From contig JAUFOR010000008.1 of the NCBI GenBank assembly GCA_040285745.1, forward strand, positions 1,426,001 to 1,490,000: 64,000 bases of DNA. The letters run 5' to 3'. Below, piece after piece: positions 42,645-52,223 of this stretch (its first letter is position 1; each line of letters starts with the position of its first letter). The DNA comes from Barthelona sp. PCE. Taxonomy: Eukaryota. The notes under the pieces are model-generated. The model was not told the origin of the DNA. It made no database searches and worked only from the letters and a program-made list of their open reading frames with translations. The position numbers were made by a program, and so were the translations under genes.

Positions 42645-43429
42645 TTACTTTTCTTGCTTGAAATAAGAACTGAGCTTAGCCTTCACTTGCTTTTCAGTGA
42701 GGACAGGTTTAGGAGGAGTCTTCTTAACAGCCTTTTTGGTTTTCTTAATGACCTTCTTTGCCTTTTTGACAACCTTCTTGTCCTTCACCTTAATATCAGT
42801 CTTATTCTCTTTTTTAGCCTTTTTAGCCTTTTTAGCATTACGATCCTTCTGAGATCCAGGTTTAGGCTTCATAGGTACACGCTTTTGCTTTGGCTTCTTT
42901 GTCGTTTTAACCTTAGGAGACTCTAAAGAACCACGAACTTGAATATCGACAATAAAACCTTCAAAATCAGCTCCGTTTAATTGTTCAACACATTGTTTGG
43001 CAGATTTACGTTGGGCATAAACAACAGTTGCCTTGGATGGTCTGTTCTTGTATTTCTTAACAGATAAGCTATGAAAATTACCATAACGACCGAGTAAATT
43101 ATTTAAGTCTGCATGGGAAGCGAAAGGAGGAATTCCTGAGATCTAAAAATGAGTTATAAGCTGCAAATTTCAGAGACAGTAGTAGGAGTCAACATTTAAA
43201 GCACAATATGCCATTTTCAGAAAAACAGGCAGCAAATTTGTGTGATAGCACTAGTATAACATGAGACAGGTAACCCTTTGCTCAAGTCTTCGGCCTCCTA
43301 GCTTACTGAAACATTGAATAAAGCACATACAACCAATGTAGGCTCAATAGAGATGGTTTTTTGCTTTTTGTTGCTTTTGACCTTGATGTTTGTCTTAGTG
43401 GGGGTTTTGGTACGTGTTCCCTTGGCCAT
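42645..43429 (-). CDS. RRM protein with Lys-rich flanks, ALY/REF/Yra1-like; complement join(43331..43429,42645..43142), 198 aa
   Basis: Splicing restores RNP2 TLV|ISGIPP. The RRM continues KATVVYAQRKSAKQCVEQLNGADFEG. The C-terminal LTEKQVKAKLSSYF resembles the REF-C box. Confidence 0.7.
43143..43330 (-). other. Spliceosomal intron, 188 nt, phase 0
   Basis: GTATGT donor at 43330 and TATAACTCATTTTTAG acceptor ending at 43143; the exons join in frame (99+498 nt). Confidence 0.82.
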
Positions 43430-43594
43430 TTTAGGTCTATGTGCTCGAGAAGGTGGATAAAAGAGAAACGGATTTCTGGGCAATTGCACTGTCTATATGA
43501 GGTGTACATTGTCATTGCCACTCTCAAATTAACTGCAAGGTTGTGGTTATTTGGATCTAAAGTTGTTTTACTTTTTTTTTCGCTTCACTGTGTG

Positions 43595-43837
43595 ATGGGC
43601 TTCTCTCTGTTTGACTTGTTATTGTCAGCACTGTTTTTCGCTAACGCAGTCCTAATACTAAATGAGCCGAGGTTGCTCAGGAGGATTAACTGCGGGAATT
43701 ATCAGAAAGATCTTTTACCGCCAAATTCAGCAAAGAGGAACATGCTGGGAATGTTTTATAACATCCGAGCAATACTCCGTTGGCCTGTATTTGCAGCAAA
43801 TATTGTTTTCTTGGTTTTCCTGGTTTTGTTTTCGTAA
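43595..43837 (+). CDS. YOS1: Yos1/IER3IP1 ER-Golgi membrane protein
   Basis: 80 aa; NAVLILNEPRLL and IRAILRWPVFAANIV match the family. Confidence 0.88.
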   Translation: MGFSLFDLLLSALFFANAVLILNEPRLLRRINCGNYQKDLLPPNSAKRNMLGMFYNIRAILRWPVFAANIVFLVFLVLFS

Positions 43838-44170
43838 ACGACTATTATAAAGTGCAGTGTGGCTAACATACTATGCAACATCTGCTCCACAGTGAGCGGT
43901 GAGATTTTTGAAAATATATGCTCAGTTTAACAATTTACACAGGTTTGTTTTTCAGGAGCGTGATCCTTCAGCAGATGCTTCTCAAATACCGAATTTAGGA
44001 GTCATAGTAAATTGGAGTTTAATATCGACAGGCATTGTTTTGCATCTGTTTTGAAAAGCTTTCCTTATGTTTTTCCGGATATAAATGTCATAAAAATCCC
44101 ATAAATTCGAATTAAACTATTACATCAATAAAAACAGGTGATATATTTTTTTTAACCATTCTTGAGTTCA

Positions 44171-45169
44171 ATGTCGCCAAGAACACCGCAAAAGAGCGAA
44201 TCAGTAATCCCCTCTGTTGAGGGCACAGCTACACCACAAAAGAGCGAGATTACAGGACCAAGCGTTGTCGGAATGATCACTCCAAGGTATAAGACACCAG
44301 GAAAGAAGAAGGGCGGGTCAGTGAGCGATTGTTTTGCCGAATTAGACAGATACACAGAGGCAAATCTTAAGCCAAACAATGAAGATGTTATTACCGTGAA
44401 TACCTTCAACGATAGGAATGTCGTCTTTGCAGGCGTCTTTGACGGACACGGCTCTGCAGGTGTGTCCACTTTAGCTGCCGAACGCATGCCTGGATTCTTT
44501 AAGGAAGCTTTTGATGAGGGAAAAACTCCAGCTGAAGCTCTTCAAGAATCATATCAGAGATTTGAGTCTCTCATCAACGGAGAGGGCGAGCAGCGTGTGG
44601 CACGTAAACTGGAAGATACATTTTCTTTAGGTAACGAAGAGGTTGAAGCCGAGCTTTCCAAAAGAGATGAAAGTTTCTCCAGCAGAATGTATGGCATGGT
44701 TGGGTCGTGTGCCGTGACTGTCGCCATTGTTAATGAGGAACACGGAAGGACGCTCGTTTGCGCCAATGTTGGTGACAGCGTTGCGTATCTCATCAGAGGA
44801 GACCGTGTTATTAGGCTGTCAACAATCCATGATCTCAGCAACAAGCGCGAGCGTGCACGCCTTGCAGATCTTCCCGGTGGTGTCATCGGAAACAGGGTAT
44901 TTGGAGTTTTGAAAGTGACGCGTTCCCTTGGTGATTTATCTCTTCGCCCAGGAGTTTTACCAGAGCCAGCCATCTCCATCACGCGCCTGGAGGAGGAGGA
45001 TGACTTCTTGATCATGGTATCGGATGGTGTTACGGATAAAATGCAGCCTGATGCTATAGCTCGTGAAGTAAGGAATGCAAGAGCAAGACAGCCCGCGAAG
45101 ACGCTGGTGGAGAAGGCCATCGCGCTTCAGACAGTGGATAACGTGTCTGCTATTGTTTTCAAGCTTTAA
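44171..45169 (+). CDS. Protein phosphatase 2C (PPM family)
   Basis: NED, VFDGHG, GSCA, NVGDS, VTRSLGD, SDGV and DNVS motifs. Confidence 0.95.
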   Translation: MSPRTPQKSESVIPSVEGTATPQKSEITGPSVVGMITPRYKTPGKKKGGSVSDCFAELDRYTEANLKPNNEDVITVNTFNDRNVVFAGVFDGHGSAGVSTLAAERMPGFFKEAFDEGKTPAEALQESYQRFESLINGEGEQRVARKLEDTFSLGNEEVEAELSKRDESFSSRMYGMVGSCAVTVAIVNEEHGRTLVCANVGDSVAYLIRGDRVIRLSTIHDLSNKRERARLADLPGGVIGNRVFGVLKVTRSLGDLSLRPGVLPEPAISITRLEEEDDFLIMVSDGVTDKMQPDAIAREVRNARARQPAKTLVEKAIALQTVDNVSAIVFKL

Positions 45170-45300
45170 AGTAAACATTGTTGTAATAATTTTGGATTAG
45201 TGGGTTCCAAATTGACAAAATGAGATGATTTGACACATGAATGCTTAAATTAGGCATGAAGAATGCTTTACTCTTTTTTTCTTTCCTCATTTGTTTTACA

Positions 45301-45720
45301 ATGAAATTAACCTTTTTATTCATCCTGTTGATACTTTCTGCAACGCTGATGACACCTACAACAGCATCATATACTTGTAGCTCTTGCTGCAAATACAGAC
45401 CCAAGTTTCAGACATCCTACGTTACTGACAGAACATGTGTCAAGTACTGCAGCACCGCAGGAAAAGGAAAGTGCGGTTCTTATTGGTCGTGGAACAGCGG
45501 TTGTCGTTATAGACCCAAATTCGGTACAGATTACGTTCTTGACAGATCTTGTTTAGATTTCTGTGTCAAATTGGACGGCGCCATCAAGGGATGCAATGGC
45601 GTTTACATGTATGCGAAAAATTCTTGCATGAAAAGAGCCAGTTTTTCCACTAGTTATTATTTGGATAAAGATTGTCTTGGATATAAGCTTCAGGAAGCCT
45701 TGGACCGTGCATTTGGATAA
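45301..45720 (+). CDS. Small secreted Cys-rich protein with three internal repeats
   Basis: Signal peptide MKLTFLFILLILSATLM; 12 Cys; three CxxRxxFxTxYxxDxxC repeats. Confidence 0.8.
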   Translation: MKLTFLFILLILSATLMTPTTASYTCSSCCKYRPKFQTSYVTDRTCVKYCSTAGKGKCGSYWSWNSGCRYRPKFGTDYVLDRSCLDFCVKLDGAIKGCNGVYMYAKNSCMKRASFSTSYYLDKDCLGYKLQEALDRAFG

Positions 45721-45901
45721 ACTTTAGTAAATTGAAAGAGCTAAAGGAAAGAAAGAAATTGACTTGCACAAAGGAATTACAATTAACATTAGATTTTCTA
45801 TCTTTTCTCTTTTATTAAATAAACCTCATAACGAATAAGAACAGTCAACATTGAGGTGAACAAACATATTCTGTGAAACAATGAAGTTTTCCTCTTATTA
45901 C

Positions 45902-48900
45902 TTATTCAGCTTCCCTTTCAATATTCATGGCTTTCTCAATATCCTCAATTGTTAGTGCTGCAACTGCATCTGCTTCATGGTATAGAAACCAGTCAAATCG
46001 CAATTGGGTGCTAAGCAATTTTTGTTTGCATGTATGTGCAGTCTTTAACACCGAAAATCCACGCTCAACACATGCGTTGCTTGCAGGAACCGTCTTGTAC
46101 TTGTTGACAATCTCTTGAATCACACTCAAACCAACCACATCTTCATGTTGGCAACCATAAATCAGCGCCGAGCGAATATCCCTCTCACGCAAACTCTGAT
46201 CATCAAAATTGAACTCATATGATGATGATCTTGCGGCTGAAACAGGCGGTTCTCTTACAAAAGGTGGTGGGTAATCTTCTCTTTCGACAGGGGATAGTAT
46301 TTCAAACTCAATCACTTCATTTAGAGATCTTACAGGGGGTCTAGTAACAGGATTATCATTCAACACATCTCGCAAATTTTGACGTTCTTCATTGCAGGAA
46401 GAAAAATCAGCCGAAAAATTGGTACAAAGAAGTGAAATAATGTGAGCAACTAAACCTTTGTAGTACTTAGGATGCATAAACTGATAACTTAATTCTCTTT
46501 CTCTAGGTACTCTATTAGCAACAAGTGCAAGTGAATGATCATTAACACAATACGGTTTAAATTTTGTTTGCAGAAACGAATATATCATCACACCTTTCAA
46601 ACGTACAAACACATCCTCTTTCATTATGTTAGGTAGTAACTCGCTTATATAGCTAAAGTCTTGACACAAGTCTCTCAATTCCTCACTTAAAGTACCCTTC
46701 TTGGGAGGTTTTCTGCTTTGTTCTTCAGGGTAGACAATATCTTTCATCTTCACGTGCTCATGTCCGCAGAGGAGATATGCTACCAAGGGTTCCGGCATAA
46801 CAAAAAACTTACACAAGTAATGCCTATTGTACTCAAATAGCCCTTTAAAGTATGCTATTTTCAATTCATTCTCCGTATAAATAGCTTCGGAAATATATCT
46901 AAGAAGGCGAAACAACAACATTGCAATCTGATGATAAGCATGTAAAGCAGAAGTGGAATTATCGCTGCAAAGCTTTTGAATGTGCATGAGTTGTCTTAAA
47001 ACGGTTAAGTAAGCTTTGCTTAAGCTCCACATATCAGTTCCCAGAGAAAACGCATGCGGTTGATTGTTTTCGTTATTCAAGGCTTCATAGAAAGGACCCA
47101 AAAAATGTCGATAGTGAGTTGAGGCATCGTATTGGTTATTCGTTGATTTCAAAATACGTTTAATCGGCAACTTAATATCTTTAAAATATTTATGATATTC
47201 ACTATTTAAAAAAGCCTCAGTGATTTCTAAATGCGACATGTTAACTACTACATTATCTGAATTCATCGCTATTCTTAAGCCTGGCATGTCTGTTAAGGGG
47301 ATGTCAACATAAAGTCCACTACACAACACTTCATATATAGTTTCCAAAGAGCTCCAACGAACTTGCTTAAGAACACAGCTTTTACCTGTATACGTACACC
47401 ACAATGAATGGTATTTAAAGAAAACACTCATGATCTCAACTGCAATAACAGACTGAATGCTGGCGAACTTTTGCACACATTTTTTCTGCTCATTAATAAA
47501 ATCTGAGTACTCATACAACGGCATCAAATCCAGATGACGAGTGAATTCATTATAGAAGGGTATCTCCTGTTGAACAGTGGGACGCTCACGTTGACTTCCT
47601 CCTCTTGACTCAAAATTCGTTTTGTTGTTAAGATAAATATCAATATTCATCAAATAATTCGGTTTGTTTTTACCCTCTAAAAACTCTATGCACTGCGTCT
47701 CATAATATGAAACGTACGCGAAGATAAAGAGAAGTGCTTCATCACTAAACCCAGAGTGATCATGATTATAAACGGATTCAATAGTTTCATTATCAATATC
47801 CTCTATTGTGTTGACAGAACCGGTGAAAATCATGTTAGTCTTCTCAAGATCCACGACTGATGAAAGTCTAACAGCAGGAGAACGTGTTGGTGAACGGTTA
47901 GTGAACAGTGTTCTTGACTCAAGTTTCTTGCGAAGCTTCTTGAAGTAAGCATTACTTGTAATATTATTGAAAATATCAACATTTATCTCAGTATCTAATC
48001 TACTAAGCAAATTTGTATTCTCTAATACACCATAACATAAACCTTCATTTTCAAAGACTTCAAATCCAACGGTCTTGCTCATTAGCTTGTTGAGCACATG
48101 GCAGGCACATGGCATACGTGATATTGACGTACATGCATCAACAATTTTCTGACATGCTGTCTGTTCAGGCGTACCGTTATCTGTACCAATAACGATCTTG
48201 ATGTTGGAGTCTCCCATGTCAACAATACATTCGTGTAAACCCCAACCATCTCTAGATTCCTTCTCAATGATGGAAAATTCTTCAATTACTCCTTTTCGCT
48301 TAAAAGATGATAATATATGATATGCAACGTCTTGAGACCGTTTTCCATACTTGCTCATACTTGAAGGCATTGTGAGGTTACGATATCCCTCATCTAATGC
48401 ATCAGAGTAAATTGTAAGGTCGTTAAGATCTTTGTACTTCACACTAAAAATGTCAAAGACCACAAACCTTCCTTTTAAACTAATAATGTAGTCATTCATT
48501 GTTTTTGTAGAGCGTGTGTCATTAAAGAACATTTTGGTATCTCTGTTATAAATAGGATCATCAATATAATCAATAACTAATTGCTGTGGGACCTTCATTA
48601 CAATGAGAGCAGCGCTGTAACTGTCACTGGAAACGTCATATTCAAAGCTACAACAGGCACCACCCTGTAGCTCTGCTTGTTTTTTAAGAGAATGTACCAA
48701 TGTCTTCAAAACGAATGAATGTACCACTGACGCGTTGTGTCTCAGAAAGGTCTTGAAAGATGAAGCCCATTCCCGTCCATATCGCTCGCTAATACTTTTC
48801 AAACTCTTATCTTTCAAACGAAGACCATGGTAAGCAAAATAATCAATGTCATCGATATTCATTGGAAAATGCACCCTTATATTTCGAATATTTTGACGCT

Positions 48901-48940
48901 TAATTTCTAGATATCCTGGATAAAGTGAATTACAAAACAA
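45902..48940 (-). mobile_element. hAT-superfamily-like DDE transposase ORF (about 1000 aa; first ATG at 48862)
   Basis: VVFDIF (D163), GTDNG (D254), CACH (278-281), VRWSS (528-529) and VPASNACVERGFS (E959) occur in hAT order. No TIRs or TSDs were identified by eye. Confidence 0.8.
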
Positions 48941-49310
48941 TAGGATCTGTACATTCCCAATATCTATAATCTTTGTCCATTATTGTTCTCAACTGGAACT
49001 GTTGATAAACCATCTATCACAGGGCTTAGTTTGCATACCTGTTAAACATTTGCGTATAGTGGGGTAATCAAATCCATTTATGGTCAGAATCTCTGAACAT
49101 CCAATGGTAAATGATCTGTGTAGGGTTCTCCCGTGAAAATGAAAAGACCAACCATATGGTCTTGATTCTTGGTCAGTGATTTGTCTATTTCCATCTTCAC
49201 CTGACCTTTGCCCTTAGCATGGGAGTTGTATAAAATGTTTTTTATTAAAAATGAGTGATACGAAAATTGGATCCTCCAAACATGAAAGTGAACTATGATA
49301 CCCCATCAAA

Positions 49311-49619
49311 TTATTTAAACCCACTTTCATCATCACTTTCAACCAGTAAAGAATGTTGTATATAATCATCGGATCCAGATTTTATAATATCAAACAAATT
49401 ACTTGATGTTCGCTTCCTGGCAAGCTCTTCCAACTCCCTGAACCTAAATTCGTCAACATGTGCAGAATAGTCGGATATTCGGGCTGAATCCATACACACC
49501 CAATGATGTAGTGACCGGTGAAGCCTCATTTTCAATCGTAAAGTAGCGTGTAAAGTAGCCTTGCCCATTTGACTCTCCAAAAATGCATAGTGAGAAAAAA
49601 CGCGCTCAACTGGACACAT
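49311..49619 (-). pseudogene. C-terminal fragment of a second hAT-like transposase
   Basis: Begins CPVERVFS (hAT C-terminal catalytic Glu motif); homologous to the 17901..18188 remnant; lacks the rest of the enzyme. Confidence 0.6.
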
Positions 49620-49684
49620 CAGATCTGTGTTCTTATGTAAACCAATGCCTGAAAAGTGTCACTTGTATATCCTTACTAAACAGT

Positions 49685-51478
49685 TTAACTAACATTGTTC
49701 AATATTTCATATAAAGAAACTGAGCGTTCCTCAACTGAAAAATCAGAATATGATTCATTAAAGATAAAGTCTGTGAACTTGGCATTGAATCCAGCCAACT
49801 GATCACAGCAGAGCCTGGTGAGCATACCTTCTCCTGTGGAAAATGCTATGTAATCTGCTCCATGTTGAGGTAACGATAATGTACTAAAGTCTTCCTCAAA
49901 CTTCAGCAGTTTTTCACCCACAACAAAGACTCCACGTTCAATAAACGTAAGTTGAGTATTATCTTTGACAGCACACGGAACTAGCTTGAGGATCATCATA
50001 CGCTCACTAGACTCAAATCTCACAAATACTAATAATTTTTTTTTCCCGCTCTTGAGACGCAGTAGCACCTCTGTATGATAATAAGGGTTGCACACCACAC
50101 CATTTATGCGCACTCGTGCCATGTTGATGGTGGAAGGTCCATCAAGTTCAACACTGGACACGCTGAAACTGTATGTCTTGTTAATATCAAAACTATGCAG
50201 TTTCACACGCCTGTCAAAGACTATCCAGAGCAACCCACCCACCAAACCGGCATGCTTGAATCCATTCGTGTCTGGTATAGGTTGGAAAGCGTCATGTTGT
50301 GCAATATGTAAAGATCCCTGTGATGACATAACTAAATATCGACTGTTAAAAAGGAGACCGTTTGCCTTCAGCAGGGTTTGTCCCAAGATGCATGCTTCAC
50401 TTTCTTCAACAACAGTGTACTGCGTATCCTCAAAAAAAGCTGATGCGATTCGCCATTCTCCTCGATCATAAAAGTGAGTGTACACTTTGTTGAAAAAACC
50501 ACCCCTTTTCACTGCAAAAGCGCGGGGTGAGTATCTACTGACAAAATCAAAGCACACAACCGCACCATTATTAGTCATCAGAATTGGTAGGTTGTGTGGG
50601 CTCTTAATCACAAACTTTTGCAATTTGCTTAATGCAAACGAGCAGTTATGATGTGCTAAGCCCCTGATTGGGTGTAGCATGTTATCCTCATGTAGGTACA
50701 CTTGACCATCAATTCCCACCAGTCGATTCAATGCAATTGGAAAGGGAAAATCATAGCCTTCGACGCTATACTGAAGCACACGGCACTTTAACGTATTGTC
50801 CCACACCAGAAAAAATGTGCAATCCGCGCATTTAACTAAATATTGTTCAACAAGTTTTGGAAGCCCAACAACAGAGTTTCCTGCATGGTCAGCGACACGA
50901 TCTATCATTTGGAAGAGAAGGCGCCCGGTACCTGGGGTGACATCCTCACAGTTGTATTGGCAGCCGACCATAGAGTGAGAATTTGTGCAAAAAGGTTCTT
51001 GATCGTCTGTGCAGCAGATTTTATACTCAACAATCATGGCACAAGTGAGAAACACACCCTCTTCCAGGATGACAACGTCGTAATCCCCGGTGGACAGCAT
51101 GATTTGAGAGTTTTCTGTGCAATACAATTGAGTGAAGTTCCCTGTGTCAAAAGAGTACACCATCAGATATGGTTGTGCGAAAACAAGCATGTAGTGGTGA
51201 TTGAGCGGCAGGACATCGTAACTGTAACTTGTTTCAACAGTAAGAATAGTGTGTAGTTCACCCTCCCCATACTCAATGAGAAAAATAGAGTCTTTTGACC
51301 TGCAGAAGAAGAGATCCTGGGTAGGGGTGTTGTAAAGGGGCCCATTTGAACAGGGAATTGTAAAATTTCCAAGAATGAATGAGCAGTATCCGACAGTATC
51401 AATATTGCCCACAAAAAGCTGTCTATCTTCGCAAAATGTGGATCTGTCTTCAACAATTTCTTCAACCCAATGTGGCAT
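49685..51478 (-). CDS. Hypothetical orphan protein (beta-strand rich)
   Basis: 597-aa ATG-initiated ORF. Confidence 0.75.
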   Translation of the reverse strand: MPHWVEEIVEDRSTFCEDRQLFVGNIDTVGYCSFILGNFTIPCSNGPLYNTPTQDLFFCRSKDSIFLIEYGEGELHTILTVETSYSYDVLPLNHHYMLVFAQPYLMVYSFDTGNFTQLYCTENSQIMLSTGDYDVVILEEGVFLTCAMIVEYKICCTDDQEPFCTNSHSMVGCQYNCEDVTPGTGRLLFQMIDRVADHAGNSVVGLPKLVEQYLVKCADCTFFLVWDNTLKCRVLQYSVEGYDFPFPIALNRLVGIDGQVYLHEDNMLHPIRGLAHHNCSFALSKLQKFVIKSPHNLPILMTNNGAVVCFDFVSRYSPRAFAVKRGGFFNKVYTHFYDRGEWRIASAFFEDTQYTVVEESEACILGQTLLKANGLLFNSRYLVMSSQGSLHIAQHDAFQPIPDTNGFKHAGLVGGLLWIVFDRRVKLHSFDINKTYSFSVSSVELDGPSTINMARVRINGVVCNPYYHTEVLLRLKSGKKKLLVFVRFESSERMMILKLVPCAVKDNTQLTFIERGVFVVGEKLLKFEEDFSTLSLPQHGADYIAFSTGEGMLTRLCCDQLAGFNAKFTDFIFNESYSDFSVEERSVSLYEILNNVS

Positions 51479-51546
51479 AAAAGAATATGCAAAGGAGGAG
51501 GTGAAAAAGAATATTACATCCTTTTCAACGGCACATTTGGATTTAA

Positions 51547-51987
51547 ATGACGACAGACGTGTCGATTGAGGGCAAAGATACCGTTAAAGGGCAAGAGGAA
51601 CCTCATTCAGAACCAAACATAGCGTTATTGCAGAATATTTACGCATTGCACACCATGGCCATGAAGCAGAGCTGTAATATTCAGAATGAGCGCTTTTCAC
51701 TCTTTGTGAATGAATCTGAGGATGCAACTGATGAACAGAAGGCCTCATTTACAGAGATTGATCAGCTAGACTGGCCAACATTTGAGGATGTTTACTTACG
51801 CTTTAAGAAAGGAGAGGATATTCCCCTTAAATCGATTGAAATCAAGCAAAAGAATCACTATTCTTGTAACCTTGATATCGTTCCTCGTAAAGGTAAGTTT
51901 GATGGGGATCCAAGCAGTATAGGTCGAAAAACGGCTATTAAGATGGGTAAGAAGGGTGGCCGTGGAAAAAAGTCAAGAAAATTTTAG
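51547..51987 (+). CDS. Hypothetical protein with basic C-terminus
   Basis: 146-aa ORF filling the intergenic gap; C-terminal KKGGRGKKSRKF. Confidence 0.65.
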   Translation: MTTDVSIEGKDTVKGQEEPHSEPNIALLQNIYALHTMAMKQSCNIQNERFSLFVNESEDATDEQKASFTEIDQLDWPTFEDVYLRFKKGEDIPLKSIEIKQKNHYSCNLDIVPRKGKFDGDPSSIGRKTAIKMGKKGGRGKKSRKF

Positions 51988-52223
51988 TGATTAAAACTGC
52001 ACATCATAGAATTTTGTATTTGAAACCACATTTTTATATAAAAAAATGAAATGTTTTTAAAGTATTCTTTTTATGCTTTTTCAACGTGTTGCTTATGGAT
52101 GATCGCAGACCGAAGCCGTTGTAAAACAATTTGTAAAGTCTGATATGAAGAGTATACTGTTTTTGTATTTCACCCCCCTTTACGTGCACTTTTACTTCTT
52201 TGCACAAACCTCACACACATAAT

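Noticed and set aside
43845..44050. Short minus-strand frame FEKHLLKDHAPEKQTCVNC resembling a zinc-finger fragment
   Set aside because: Interrupted by stops, with no start codon or convincing splice sites.
45721..49684. Terminal inverted repeats and target-site duplication for the hAT element
   Set aside because: Only a 9-bp AT-rich match (ATAAGAACA near 45835, TGTTCTTAT near 49628) was found, with no TSD; this is compatible with chance.
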